Below the pieces are notes generated by a model. The model saw nothing but the letters and a program-made list of their open reading frames with translations. It was not told the origin of the DNA and did no database searches. Source: an archaeon (GTDB taxonomy: Archaea; Nanobdellota; Nanobdellia; SCGC-AAA011-G17; GW2011-AR17). Taken from it: a stretch of 64,000 nt of DNA. This document shows positions 1-10,998 of the stretch, piece by piece. Made by a program: the position numbers and the translations under genes. The stretch spans positions 38,576 to 102,575 of the forward strand of contig JABHLH010000002.1 in NCBI GenBank assembly GCA_018692925.1. The letters run 5' to 3'. Each line of letters opens with the position of its first letter. The stretch's first letter is position 1.

Positions 1-1
1 T

Positions 2-511
2 TAATTTATAATAAATTAAATCATTTTCTTCACTATCAAAAACTTCAAAAGAATTAATATTTGTATCTTCAATTTCTTTATTATTAACTTTCAATGTAAT
101 ATCTACATAATGAATAACTTGGTCATCTAAGAGAGAAATTCCTCCTTGTTCAACAACCATTACCATTAGTTTTGCTTCATAGTTTCCATTTACTGTATTT
201 TTCGGTATTTTAATAACTACAGGAAAATTATATTCTTCTCCAGGTAATGCTTCAAAACTTTCTTCAACATAAATCCAATCTTCGATATCCCCAGTTACAT
301 ATATTTCTCCTTTAACTAAACCATCATCACTAAATTCCAAATTTAGATTTTCCATAATAATTGTTCCAGCGAGAGCATCATTTATGATTATTTCATTAAT
401 AGAACTTGCTTCTTTTATACTTGAGCCTGTAAAACTGGGGTTAACTGATAGAAATATAATTCCTATGAATGTAATAACTAAAAAAAATATATACCTCTTT
501 TCACCTTTCAT
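2..511 (-). CDS. Secreted/surface protein, acidic and beta-rich; runs off the window edge (partial)
   Basis: Manual translation from ATG 511: MKGEKRYIFFLVITFIGIIFLSVNPSFTG..., open to window start, N-terminal hydrophobic segment. Confidence 0.7.
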   Translation of the reverse strand, partial: MKGEKRYIFFLVITFIGIIFLSVNPSFTGSSIKEASSINEIIINDALAGTIIMENLNLEFSDDGLVKGEIYVTGDIEDWIYVEESFEALPGEEYNFPVVIKIPKNTVNGNYEAKLMVMVVEQGGISLLDDQVIHYVDITLKVNNKEIEDTNINSFEVFDSEENDLIYYKL

Positions 512-551
512 TATTTATTACTTAAGAAAATAATAATATAAAGCTTTCTAT

Positions 552-1739
552 TCATTCGTATCTCAAAGCTTCAACAGGACTTAAACCAGATGCCTTGTAG
601 GCTGGATACAAACCAGAAAGAATTCCTACAAGTAAAGCGAAACCTAAACTTAATCCAACAACATTCCATAATATTGATATTTTCAAATATGAAAAACCTA
701 ACAAAGCTGCAACACCTTGAACACTAAATGCAAAGACGTACCCTAATACAACACCCATTACTCCTCCAGTTACTCCAATTAAAGCTGCTTCCATAACAAA
801 AATTAATAATATCTTTTCTTTAGATGCACCAACTGCTTTCATCAATCCAATTTGTTTTGTTCTTTCTAAAACAGAAGTAAACATAGAATTCATAATTCCA
901 ATCCCCCCTACAACTAAAGAAATTCCTGCAATCCCTCCTAATATAAATTGAACAACTGATAGTATACTCCCTAACTGAGTTAACAAACTTTCTGGTGTAA
1001 TTAAAAGAAAATCATCATCATCTCTTGCATCTTCTAACTTAATTGCAACTCTTTCTGCAACTTCATTTATATCTTCTCCTTCTTCAACTGTTGCATAAAT
1101 AAAATTTATTCCATCATCTTTATCATATATATCTTTTGCATCTTCTAAGGGGATATATAATATTCCATCTGTAGCTTGATCTCCAGAAGTTTCTAGTATT
1201 CCTACAACTTTAAATTTTTCATCTTCTATGATAATGCTATTTTTCACTAAAATTTCTTTATTAAAATATTCTTTAGCAAAAGAATTTCCAATAATTACTA
1301 CTTTTCTTTCTCCTGAACTAAACCAATCTCCTTCTTCTAAATCTAAATTAACATCAATTTTTCCTTCTTCAACTAAATCATTATCAATTCCCTTTAGAAA
1401 GGCCATACCATCAACATTATTATATTCCACACTTGCCGTTTCAAAAATAACTCCCCCTGCATAATCAACTCCTCTTACATCCTCAACCACTTCGAGATCA
1501 TCTGTTGTTAAACCTTCAACTCCCGTTGGAGGTCCAGTTAAACCTGCAGGGGTGACTCTAATCTTATCTGCACCCAAAACATTAAATTGTTCAACAATTG
1601 CACTTTCAAATCCATCTCCTAAACTAATTAAAGAAACAATTGCTGCAATACCTATAATAACTCCAATAATTGTCAACCAACTTCTTAATTGTTTATGTTT
1701 CATATTATTCCAGCTAAACATAATAAATTCATCTATCAT
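552..1739 (-). CDS. MacB/FtsX-family ABC transporter permease
   Basis: RSWLTIIGVIIGIAAIV and GIMNSMFTSVLERTKQIG motifs; C-terminal PVEALRYE. Confidence 0.95.
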   Translation of the reverse strand: MIDEFIMFSWNNMKHKQLRSWLTIIGVIIGIAAIVSLISLGDGFESAIVEQFNVLGADKIRVTPAGLTGPPTGVEGLTTDDLEVVEDVRGVDYAGGVIFETASVEYNNVDGMAFLKGIDNDLVEEGKIDVNLDLEEGDWFSSGERKVVIIGNSFAKEYFNKEILVKNSIIIEDEKFKVVGILETSGDQATDGILYIPLEDAKDIYDKDDGINFIYATVEEGEDINEVAERVAIKLEDARDDDDFLLITPESLLTQLGSILSVVQFILGGIAGISLVVGGIGIMNSMFTSVLERTKQIGLMKAVGASKEKILLIFVMEAALIGVTGGVMGVVLGYVFAFSVQGVAALLGFSYLKISILWNVVGLSLGFALLVGILSGLYPAYKASGLSPVEALRYE

Positions 1740-2929
1740 TCTCTTAATGCCTCCACTGGATATAATTTTGCAGCTTCTCTTGCTGGAAGATAACCTGCTA
1801 TCATTCCTACAATAAATGCAAATAAAATTCCACCAATAACTACAAAGTATTCAATTTGTATATCTAAATATAAGAAACCTGCAGCCATCGCTGCTTCACC
1901 AATAGCAAATGAAATTAATATTCCTACAATGGCTCCAATTACTCCACCTAATAAACCAATTATTCCTGCTTCAACTACAAACATATTTCTAATATCTTCT
2001 GGGGATGCACCTACTGCTTTAAAGATACCAATTTCTTTTTTTCTCTCTAAAACATTAGTATACATAGAATTCATAATTCCTACTCCACCAACTACTAAAG
2101 CAATTGCAGCAATTCCTCCTAGAACTACTTGTAAGATATCTAAAATAACACTTAACTGTTCCAAAACTTGTTCTAATTTTAAAACTGTAAAATCTTCATC
2201 TCCTCTTGCTCTTTCAAGTTGTCTTTCAACATCTAGAGCAATATTATTAATATCTATTCCCTCAATTGTAATCACTTCAATAAAGGTTAATCCATCTTCA
2301 TCATCATAAATTATTCTTGCATCTTCCATTGTAATATATGTACTAGTATCATCTTCTTCATTCCCTATTGGTTCTGCAATTCCAATAACTTCAAATTTTT
2401 TTCCATCAATTTCAACTTTATTATTTACAACAATTTCTTTTTCAAAATAATTATCAGGGTCATTCGCTAATTTATTACCTAAAATAATAGATCCTTTTTC
2501 ATTATTATTAAACCATCTTCCACTTTCTAAACTCACACCTAAACCTTCAAACATAGTTTCTGCATCAACTTCTGTTTCATACCCCATTACTCCAGCAAAA
2601 ACATCTTCATTGTTGAAAGTAATTGTTTTTTTATCATAAAGATATGACGTTACATAATCTACTCCCACAATATCATCAATTACATCAAGATCTGCAGTCG
2701 TTAATTCACCTGTTCCTCTTACTTGTGTAAATCCTCCTGCAGGCATAACATAAATTCTATTTGTACCTAGTTCTTCAAACTGAGAAGTAATAGCATTCTC
2801 TAAACCTTGTGAAGTTGAAACTAAAGCAACAATAGAAGCAATTCCAATTATTATTCCTAGGATAGTTAACCAACTTCTAACTTTCCTATGAGTAATACTT
2901 TGAATTGCGAATGTCAAGTAATCTTTCAT
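1736..2929 (-). CDS. MacB/FtsX-family ABC transporter permease (paralog)
   Basis: Same motifs; 4-nt overlap with the next gene. Confidence 0.95.
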   Translation of the reverse strand: MKDYLTFAIQSITHRKVRSWLTILGIIIGIASIVALVSTSQGLENAITSQFEELGTNRIYVMPAGGFTQVRGTGELTTADLDVIDDIVGVDYVTSYLYDKKTITFNNEDVFAGVMGYETEVDAETMFEGLGVSLESGRWFNNNEKGSIILGNKLANDPDNYFEKEIVVNNKVEIDGKKFEVIGIAEPIGNEEDDTSTYITMEDARIIYDDEDGLTFIEVITIEGIDINNIALDVERQLERARGDEDFTVLKLEQVLEQLSVILDILQVVLGGIAAIALVVGGVGIMNSMYTNVLERKKEIGIFKAVGASPEDIRNMFVVEAGIIGLLGGVIGAIVGILISFAIGEAAMAAGFLYLDIQIEYFVVIGGILFAFIVGMIAGYLPAREAAKLYPVEALRE

Positions 2930-4326
2930 TATAAACTCTTAAAGAATTTCCCAATCTTATTTGGCCATAACTTAATTCTACTCGGTCTAAAAATTAGTAT
3001 AATTCTGAATGGTAATTTTATCAATTCAATTAAGCCTGATTTTACTGCAACATCAAATTTATTTTCTATTCTCCAAGATTTGAAACCAAAGTAGATGAAC
3101 AATACAATTAACAGATAACAAATATATTTTATTGTACTTTTAGTTCCATTTGAATCTAACTCATATTTAGAAACTTCTGCACTTGTATACACAGGTAAAT
3201 TAACACTAAATTCTTCTTCATATTCTTCATTATAAGAATCCTTGTAAGTAACTTTAAATTTTATTTCTGTATCATCTTCTGCATTAACAAAAATATCATA
3301 GCTTGAAGTTTCAAAATCATCACTATCTAAATTTCCTAAGTATTCTTTGTTTGCACCAATAACAACATAACTATCATCTTCTAATAATTCTATATTCATA
3401 AATTTTAATTCTGTAGGTCCTACATTACTAACAGAAACAACAATTTCTCCTTTTCCACCTTCTTGGAAAGTATCAAAATTTTCTAAATTAAATGACAAAT
3501 CTGCTTCAGCACCAATCATAATTCCAAATGTATCTTGTTTAATAAATTCTGTACCATTAGAATTTTGGTAACTAATATTCATAGGGATTTTATAAACACC
3601 TGCTTCTGCATCTTCTTCAACAATAATCTCAAAATTAAAAGTATAATCTTCTCCTGCTCCTAATAAACTTAAACTTTTTTCTTTACTTGATTTGTAAGGA
3701 ACTATTGGCACATCAATTGAATCAATTGCTAAAACAAGATCAATATTTTTAAATGCACTTGTAGCTCCATTAATTATTGTAATATCTAGATCTGCAATTT
3801 TACCCGGAACTAATGTCTCAGGTTCACTAACAATACTATCTACATTTAGTGTAGCTTCAATTTCTTGTACATTAATATCTAAATAAGGAGTATAAACTCC
3901 ATTAGGATCATCTTCACTTGTATAAGTAAATCTTAATTCATTATCTCCTGCTGGCGCATCATCTGCAACTCTAACAACAAACTTTTTTATTACTTGTTCA
4001 CCTGGACCTAAATCTCCAACATCCCAAACAGCATCTTCTCCTTCTTTTAATTCAAATGGATAAGCTTCTAAAAATTCTAGCTCTATATTATTAACATCAT
4101 CTTGACCGACAATAGAAGTTGAACTTGACTCTTCAGTTTCAACAGCCATCCACAAATCAAAATATTCTCCTGGTGCAACTGGTGCTGGTGTATATTTTAA
4201 TGTAATTAATTGAACATCAATTATATTTTGTTTACTTGTATCAATCGTAACCGAACTGGTACCTGCATTCACAATACTCATTGTTAACAATATGACCAAA
4301 AATATTAATATTATTCCTCTTTTCAT
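2929..4326 (-). CDS. COG1361-type S-layer-domain protein associated with the ABC exporter
   Basis: Signal peptide, repeated Ig-like units (PAPVAPGE, YLGNLDSDD), C-terminal TM; usual archaeal context. Confidence 0.8.
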   Translation of the reverse strand: MKRGIILIFLVILLTMSIVNAGTSSVTIDTSKQNIIDVQLITLKYTPAPVAPGEYFDLWMAVETEESSSTSIVGQDDVNNIELEFLEAYPFELKEGEDAVWDVGDLGPGEQVIKKFVVRVADDAPAGDNELRFTYTSEDDPNGVYTPYLDINVQEIEATLNVDSIVSEPETLVPGKIADLDITIINGATSAFKNIDLVLAIDSIDVPIVPYKSSKEKSLSLLGAGEDYTFNFEIIVEEDAEAGVYKIPMNISYQNSNGTEFIKQDTFGIMIGAEADLSFNLENFDTFQEGGKGEIVVSVSNVGPTELKFMNIELLEDDSYVVIGANKEYLGNLDSDDFETSSYDIFVNAEDDTEIKFKVTYKDSYNEEYEEEFSVNLPVYTSAEVSKYELDSNGTKSTIKYICYLLIVLFIYFGFKSWRIENKFDVAVKSGLIELIKLPFRIILIFRPSRIKLWPNKIGKFFKSL

Positions 4327-5003
4327 TTTACCACCAGTCCATCTTTTAATTCAATAATTCTTTCAGCTTTTTTAGCTATATAATCATCATGTGTTACGAT
4401 TATTAAAGTTTTCCCTTCTTTTTTGTGCAACTCTTGTAATAAAGCTAAAATCTGTTCTCCAGTTTTTGTATCTAAATTACCTGTTGGTTCATCAGCTAAA
4501 ATAACTTCTGGATCATTTGCTAAAGATCTTGCAATAGCAACTCTTTGTCTTTCTCCTCCACTTAACTCTGAAGGTTTATGATCTAATCTATGGTCTAAAC
4601 CAACTTTTCTTAAAAGTATTTCAGCTCTTTTTTTTCTCTCTTCAGGCTCATAACCTTGAAAGATCATTGGAACCATAACATTTTCAACAGTTGTTAAACT
4701 CGGAATCAAATTAAAAGTTTGAAAAATAAAACCAATTTTCTTTCCTCTTATTCTTGCAAGTTCACCTTCATCTAAATTTGCAATATTTTTCCCATCTAAA
4801 TAGATTTTACCTTTTGTTGGGACATCTAAACAACCAACCATATTCAAACATGTACTTTTACCACTTCCACTCTTACCAATAATAGAAACAAACTCTCTTT
4901 CTTTTATATCAATATTAATCCCTCTAATTGCTGGAACTTCAACTTCTCCTAACTTATATATTTTCCAAGCATCCTGAACTCTAATCACACTCTTCTTTGA
5001 CAT
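4323..5003 (-). CDS. ABC transporter ATPase (LolD/MacB type)
   Basis: GKSGSGKS, LSGGERQR, ILADEPTGNLD. Confidence 0.97.
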   Translation of the reverse strand: MSKKSVIRVQDAWKIYKLGEVEVPAIRGINIDIKEREFVSIIGKSGSGKSTCLNMVGCLDVPTKGKIYLDGKNIANLDEGELARIRGKKIGFIFQTFNLIPSLTTVENVMVPMIFQGYEPEERKKRAEILLRKVGLDHRLDHKPSELSGGERQRVAIARSLANDPEVILADEPTGNLDTKTGEQILALLQELHKKEGKTLIIVTHDDYIAKKAERIIELKDGLVVK

Positions 5004-5035
5004 AATTAATTAGAAATAAACTTAGATAATAAACT

Positions 5036-5644
5036 TTATGGTTTTTTCTTAATTTTCTTTCCATTTATTTTTTCTATTTTTTTAAATTTAGTAATATCAA
5101 AAGAAATACCTCTCATTAATACAGGTTTTTTATTTTTATAATAAGTCTTTCCTTCAACATGATGATATCTTATATTGTTCTTTCCTATTACTAATTTTAT
5201 ATCATGACTAAAACTACCTGTTTTTAATGATTTTTCAATGTCTTTTTTTACTCTATTTTTATCTTCAGGATGAACAATATCCAAATATGTTTCAAAATTT
5301 ATTTTCTTTCCTTTTTTCACCTTAAAAATTTTATACAATTCATCTGACCATTTAACTTTATTCTTTACTATATCCCACTCCCAAGCACCCATATTTGCTA
5401 TTCTAAATGCTTCAGATAAAGTCTCAGCAAGTTTTACAGCTTTTTTCTTTTCTTCTTCTAAATCTTCCAACATATTCAAAAGTGCTTCAGAGCTAATTTC
5501 TTTTTTTGAAGGAGTTTTCTTTTTCTTCTTGTTTATTTCTTTAGCAAGTTTTTCTCCTTTTGTTATTAATTTATTCTCTAAATAAGCTTCATCAATTATC
5601 TTTTGTGTTATTTTTTTTAAGATTTTTTTCATTCTTCTCACCAA
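5036..5644 (-). CDS. Stand-alone PAS (PAS_3-like) domain protein
   Basis: IANMGAWEWD..WSDELYKIF..VHPED..GISFDIT. Confidence 0.85.
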   Translation of the reverse strand: MVRRMKKILKKITQKIIDEAYLENKLITKGEKLAKEINKKKKKTPSKKEISSEALLNMLEDLEEEKKKAVKLAETLSEAFRIANMGAWEWDIVKNKVKWSDELYKIFKVKKGKKINFETYLDIVHPEDKNRVKKDIEKSLKTGSFSHDIKLVIGKNNIRYHHVEGKTYYKNKKPVLMRGISFDITKFKKIEKINGKKIKKKP

Positions 5645-5646
5645 TA

Positions 5647-6849
5647 TTATTTTTTAATTTTTCTTTCAAGCACTTTTATTCTTTTCTTCAATTCAATCAT
5701 TTTTAATTCTCTATTTTCAGATAACTTTGAAAATCTCTCTAATTGTATTGTTCTTTTTTTACTTTTTTCTTTAGCCTTATTCATTTCGGATATAGCTTCT
5801 TCTGTACCAATCCCTAATTCGTGTTTAGAACTACCTGTTCTAAGTATTGCCAATTTCAAACTAGCTAATATTCTATCTAAAGAATCTATTAAATTATTAA
5901 TTTCAAAAATCTTACTTTCTTTTATTTGAATCTCAAAATTACCTTTACTAATCTCATCAACACTTTCTGTCAAATCTTTAATTGGTTTTGAAATATATCT
6001 TGAAACAAAAAAGCCCATAAAAGAAATTAAAAAGATAATAAGTAAAAGATTCTTAATGCTTGAATATATTACTCCTTTTTTAGTTTCTCCTAATGCTTCA
6101 GCTTCATCAATTTTAACAACTAGTCCTACATCTAATACTTCAATATACTTTGTAATTGCAATAACTTCTTCTCCTCTATAATCATTAATATCATATATAG
6201 TCTTTTCAACACCTGAAACTGCTTCCGCCATTGGGAGATGAGATGCTTCAATCATTTCATTAGCTTCAAATCTTCTTTGAGTAAAAAAAACTATATCTCC
6301 ATCACTATCTTGATAAGCTAATAAACTTTCTCCAGTTTCTCCAAGTCCTGTCTGGTCTAAAATAATACTATCAAAAACACCTAGTCTTGCTTCTGTAACA
6401 ACAAATCCTTCCTTAAATGGTGTAGCAAGTAATAGTGTCTCTTCTTCAAATATTTTAGAAGTATATGCTAGAATTATTGTTTCTTCTTCCTTTAAAAAAT
6501 CATTAATATTTATGATTTCATTAATAAATGTCTCATCAGATGAAGTAATGATCATACCTTCTGAATCAACTGTATATAAAATCTCAAAATCTTCTTGTAT
6601 CTTAATTATTTCTTTTAATTCATCATTACTAAGATTTTCGTGTGTTGCTGTTATTTGAATATTTTCAACATTCTGTTTTACAAAATCTTCTACAATATCT
6701 TCCATTAATTGCGATCTTGATTCTAAATGCATATTAATTTTCTGTTCAAGAAGGTTAGATGTGTCAAAATAATTATTTGACAACATTATAAAACCTGCTA
6801 ATATTCCAACTAGGATAAAACTAAAAATAATGATTTTAGATAATTTCAT
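5647..6849 (-). CDS. Membrane Cache + HAMP sensor without catalytic output domain
   Basis: Two TMs, GLGETGES Cache motif, ISKPIKDL HAMP, RELKMIELK coiled coil. Confidence 0.85.
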   Translation of the reverse strand: MKLSKIIIFSFILVGILAGFIMLSNNYFDTSNLLEQKINMHLESRSQLMEDIVEDFVKQNVENIQITATHENLSNDELKEIIKIQEDFEILYTVDSEGMIITSSDETFINEIININDFLKEEETIILAYTSKIFEEETLLLATPFKEGFVVTEARLGVFDSIILDQTGLGETGESLLAYQDSDGDIVFFTQRRFEANEMIEASHLPMAEAVSGVEKTIYDINDYRGEEVIAITKYIEVLDVGLVVKIDEAEALGETKKGVIYSSIKNLLLIIFLISFMGFFVSRYISKPIKDLTESVDEISKGNFEIQIKESKIFEINNLIDSLDRILASLKLAILRTGSSKHELGIGTEEAISEMNKAKEKSKKRTIQLERFSKLSENRELKMIELKKRIKVLERKIKK

Positions 6850-6869
6850 TAGTTTTCCTCTTTTTTATT

Positions 6870-7271
6870 CTATTTAACATATTTCTCAAATAAAGGGAAT
6901 AATATTGTTTCTTCAGCACTAACTCTTTTTGATACAGCCTTAATTATTTCTTCTGTTTCATTAATAAATTTTTTATAATCAGTTAAAATTATATTCTTAT
7001 CCTGATATTTATCAAAGAATTTTAAAACCACTTTAGATACTTCATTCATTTCTTCTGAAAATTTATCCCCTGCTTCTTTTGCTTTATTATTTTCACAATC
7101 TTTTAAAGCCGGATATAACATTCGATCTTCTAACTTTAAATGTTCTATTAACAATTCTTTTAAACTAGATATTTCTTCAACTATTTTTTCATTAGATTTC
7201 AAAATTTTAATTTTTTCAAAATATCTCATAATTTCTACATGTTCTTCTTTTAATTCTTTAATTAAATCCAT
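6870..7271 (-). CDS. Hemerythrin-like domain protein
   Basis: EEH, HLKLED..LYP, EETILFP. Confidence 0.8.
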   Translation of the reverse strand: MDLIKELKEEHVEIMRYFEKIKILKSNEKIVEEISSLKELLIEHLKLEDRMLYPALKDCENNKAKEAGDKFSEEMNEVSKVVLKFFDKYQDKNIILTDYKKFINETEEIIKAVSKRVSAEETILFPLFEKYVK

Positions 7272-8058
7272 TTTTTTTCCTCTTAATTTTTTTCTTTGAT
7301 AAAAGCGAATAAGGGTTCATTAAACCTATTTGTATTATAGCCTTATAGATTAAATAAAATGATATAATCTTAAAAAAATGACCTACAAGATTTGATAATC
7401 CGAAAACGCTTACATAAAATGTAAATGCTAACTCTGCAAATATTGTAAAGATTATTGAGCTTATTATTAAATAAAAGATAATCTTATCAAATTTCTCTTT
7501 ATATTCCCATAAAAAAACAATAGATCCAATTAAAATAATAGAAATTATATATTCACTTATAATTTTAAATTGTGTTAATCCACTATCTACAATAAATGCA
7601 TCTGGAAATATTCTTAGATAAAATATGCTTACAAAAATAAAACTTGTAATAATAAAATAAATCAAAGAAGTCAACTTTGGTTTTAATTCCCTTATTATAA
7701 AAATAGGTGCTACTAAAAAAGAGAGAGCTTGTAGATAACGTGCAGCTATCCATAACTGGGTTGGTAAATTAGCATCAAATCCTGAAAATATATTTATCCC
7801 TTGATATGCTAATAAATGAACAAAATCTATACTTGCAATAAAAACTAAACTTATTCCTAAAAATAACAAATAATCATTATCAACAAAAAACCTTGAATTT
7901 CATGCAATCATAAATATTCCTACTGCAATAACAATACTAAATATTTCTGCTACACTATGGAATAATGCATAATTTTCATAAAAACTTGTTAACCAAATAC
8001 CTACTAAAGCTAAAATAAAAATAACTATTTCTAATTTGCTAAATATTTTTTCTTTCAT
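7258..8058 (-). pseudogene. MASE3 membrane sensor domain gene interrupted by an in-frame TGA at codon 53
   Basis: Reads from ATG 8058 (GAGG upstream): ...LFHSVAEIFSIVIAVGIFMIA*NSR...; TGA at 7900-7902 is in frame with ORF 7258..7869. Confidence 0.85.
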
Positions 8059-8070
8059 TATCAGACCTCT

Positions 8071-9835
8071 TTACTTTAATATTAACCTTAATTTATATTT
8101 AAATTCTTCGGATTTTTCTTTAGTTATTATTGATCTTGCAAATAGTAGATCTATTTGAGGGATCATAATTTTCAAATCCATATTACTTTTTACTTTATTA
8201 AAATAAAATTCTCCTTTTTTCTTTCCAATTATTTCAATATAAATATCTTTTATTTCTTTTTCAATTCCTTTTCTTATAACTCTTTTTTCAATTTTTTTAT
8301 GTGTTTCTCCACTTATTAAATATAAATTATCTACAAATTCTTCCGCTTGTTCTTGGTCTATAACTTTTTCTTTCTTAATTAAATTAATATAATTAATTAA
8401 CTCCTTTAAACCTAACTTATTTTGTGTATCTAATTCATTAAATTCTCTTTTTCCAATCGGACCTAAAAAAGATTTAAAAATATCTCTTATTTCCTCTTTT
8501 TTATCTGTTTTTTTAGAAAAAAGAAGTTTAATAGGTTCTATTTCTTTTACAGCTTTTAATGGGAAAGTAAAATTAAATGTAGTTCCAATATTTTCTTTAC
8601 TATTAAACCAAATTTTCCCTTTTTGAGATTTAACAATTCCTTTTGCAATTGCTAAACCTAATCCGGTTCCTAGGCTTTCTCTATACATAGTTTGTTTAGC
8701 TTGAAAGAAAGGTTCAAAAATTCTAGATTGTTGTTCTTTATTTATACCTCTTCCTTTATCTTGAACAGAAAACAATATTTCATTACTTTGTTTTTTTACT
8801 GATACATTTATACTTGTATTCTTTTTTGAAAACTTCACAGCGTTATTTAGTAGATTCCTTAAAACTTGCATTATTCTATCTGGATCAGATTCAATAATAG
8901 GTAGTTTTTCAATTTTTGTTTCTATTTTTATTTTCTTTTCTGGCATAAATAATGATGTCTCTTTTACTACTCTCTCAATATAGGGAGTAATATCTGTTTT
9001 TACAAATCTAAATTTTAACCTTGCAGCTTCAATTCTACTTATTTCTAAAAAATCTACAATAATATTATCTAACCTTTCTGTATTTCTAGCTACAATATCT
9101 AAAGATTCTTCTTGTTTTTTGTTTAACTTACCATAATATCCACCTATTAACATTTGTAATTGTGCTCTCATTGGAGTCATAGGGCTTCTTAATTCATGGC
9201 TTGTTATTGATATAAATTCTGTCTTGGATCTTTCTAATTGAGTGTGTTCTTTCTCTCTATATTCTAATATTTCTGCCGTTCTATTCAAAGAATTAGATAA
9301 TCTTTTTAATTCATCCTTTGTACTTATTTTTATTCTATATTTATAATTATTTTTTTCTAATTCATTAACCATCTCATTTAATCTTTTTATCGGTTTTGTA
9401 ATATTTTTTGAAAATAAATATCCTATAAACATTGTAAATATTAAGATTATTATTCCTATAATAAAGTAACTTAATTCTATATTTTTAACAGATTCAAGAG
9501 CTTGATCAGAATTGATTTCTCCAACAACAAGCCAATTTAAATTATTTATTAACTCTTTTGTATCTTCGTCTTTAATGTTAAGTGATCTTCCAAAAATTTC
9601 AATAACAGCAAAAGTTTTTTCTCCTTGATAATTTAAATGTTCTAATAATTGATCTTCTTTTGTTTCAAGTGCTAAATTTACACCTTCGGTATCTACTAAT
9701 AGATTTCCTGAAGAATTTTCAATAAATCTTGATTCTGTTAACATAATTCTATCTTCGTTTACAATATATATCTCTCCTGTTTCTCCTAGAATTCTTCTTT
9801 CACTTGTAATTTCATTTATTGCTCTAATATTTGTA
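8071..9835 (-). pseudogene. Cache-HAMP sensor histidine kinase, 5'-truncated
   Basis: H-box SHELRSPM, N-box NLLNNAVKF, DKGRGI, GTGLGL; first TM and start are missing, and the ORF's first ~45 aa are the antisense of the neighbouring gene; left boundary of the truncation is approximate. Confidence 0.75.
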
Positions 9836-9847
9836 TCTCTAACTGCT

Positions 9848-10864
9848 ATGGCTGTTATTGAAGATTTTGAAGAAGTTACAAGTGAAGAAGCTTTAACAGC
9901 AATCATAGATGCTGAATCTGAAATGAATGAAATGATTAATGATAATTTTTCAGTTAATGCTGTAAATGATACTATCATTGCTGCTAAGAGTGCCTATGAT
10001 AGAGCTATGTTTGCCGAAATTTTAGCAAAAAATACTTCTGGAATTTTATTAGATGAAGCAAGTTCTTCTTTAGAAGGATTTAATTACGATGCATTTTCAT
10101 ATTCAGATGTTATTATCTATACAGATCAAGTAACAAAATTAAAAGCTGAAGCTTATGATGTTTTTGATCATCTAATTGCTTTAGAATTCAAAATTGAAGA
10201 ATATAAATTAGAATCAATTGAAATTGAAGAGGTTGAAATTTTACTTGAAGAAGCTTATTTAGAATTCTCATTTGAAAGATACATTTCAACAAAAGAAATT
10301 CTTTCTGAAGCAAATTTAATTTTAGAGGAAAATAGAGCTAGGTCTACTGCTTTAAGGGTTGTTTCTACTTCTGGGAAGAATTTCTTCAAAAAACATTGGG
10401 TCGTACTTTCAATAATATTTATCATACTAATATTCCTTTCATATTTTTCTTATTTTGCATTAAGAAGAATTCGTTTAGAGAGAAAGTTAAAAAAATTACA
10501 TTCTGAAAAAATTTCTATAAAACAATTATTAATAGATACTCAGAAAGAAAGATTTGAGAAATTAAAATTATCTTCTCATATTTATGGCATTCGAATGGAT
10601 TACTATTCAAGAAGGTTAAATGAAATTAGTTCTGAAATTCCTGTAATTCAAGAGATATTAAAAAAGATTGAAAAGAAAAAAATTAAGAAAATGACTAAAC
10701 CTAAAATAACAAAGGAGAAGTCAAAAATAATAAAACCTATAATCAGTTTCATAAAACCTTTACCAGAGAAAAAATCAAAGAAACAAAAAAAGCTAAAAAA
10801 GAAATCTCCTAAATTAAAAAAGCTAAAAAAGAAAACTTCTAATAAAAAAACTAAAAGGAAATAA
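9848..10864 (+). CDS. Helical extracellular protein with a single TM and Lys-rich tail; probably lost its original start/signal peptide
   Basis: Acidic helical region, TM WVVLSIIFIILIFLSYF, basic tail; in-frame upstream remnant LIFVSLTAMA resembles a signal peptide end. Confidence 0.7.
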   Translation: MAVIEDFEEVTSEEALTAIIDAESEMNEMINDNFSVNAVNDTIIAAKSAYDRAMFAEILAKNTSGILLDEASSSLEGFNYDAFSYSDVIIYTDQVTKLKAEAYDVFDHLIALEFKIEEYKLESIEIEEVEILLEEAYLEFSFERYISTKEILSEANLILEENRARSTALRVVSTSGKNFFKKHWVVLSIIFIILIFLSYFSYFALRRIRLERKLKKLHSEKISIKQLLIDTQKERFEKLKLSSHIYGIRMDYYSRRLNEISSEIPVIQEILKKIEKKKIKKMTKPKITKEKSKIIKPIISFIKPLPEKKSKKQKKLKKKSPKLKKLKKKTSNKKTKRK

Positions 10865-10905
10865 GCAATTCTTATAAATACTAATTATTTCTCTTGGTCT
10901 ATTAT

Positions 10906-10989
10906 GCGCGAGTGCCGGAGTGGTCAAACGGGCTGGACTCAAAATCCAGTGGCTTAGTGCCTACGCAGGTTCGAAACCTGTCTCGTGCA
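10906..10989 (+). tRNA. tRNA-Leu(CAA), no intron, CCA not encoded
   Basis: Acceptor GCGCGAG/CTCGTGC, anticodon arm CTGGA-CTCAAAA-TCCAG, long variable arm, GGTTCGAAACC; TATA cttataaata upstream. Confidence 0.97.
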
Positions 10990-10998
10990 CTTTATTTT

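Noticed and set aside
7258-8058. Genome-wide TGA=Trp/Gly recoding
   Set aside because: TGA terminates normal genes here (e.g. 552, 63832) and Trp is TGG elsewhere, including in this gene; only one case seen
9836-9978. N-terminal 45 aa of the 635-aa kinase ORF
   Set aside because: It is the antisense reading of the plus-strand gene, with no TM or Cache similarity
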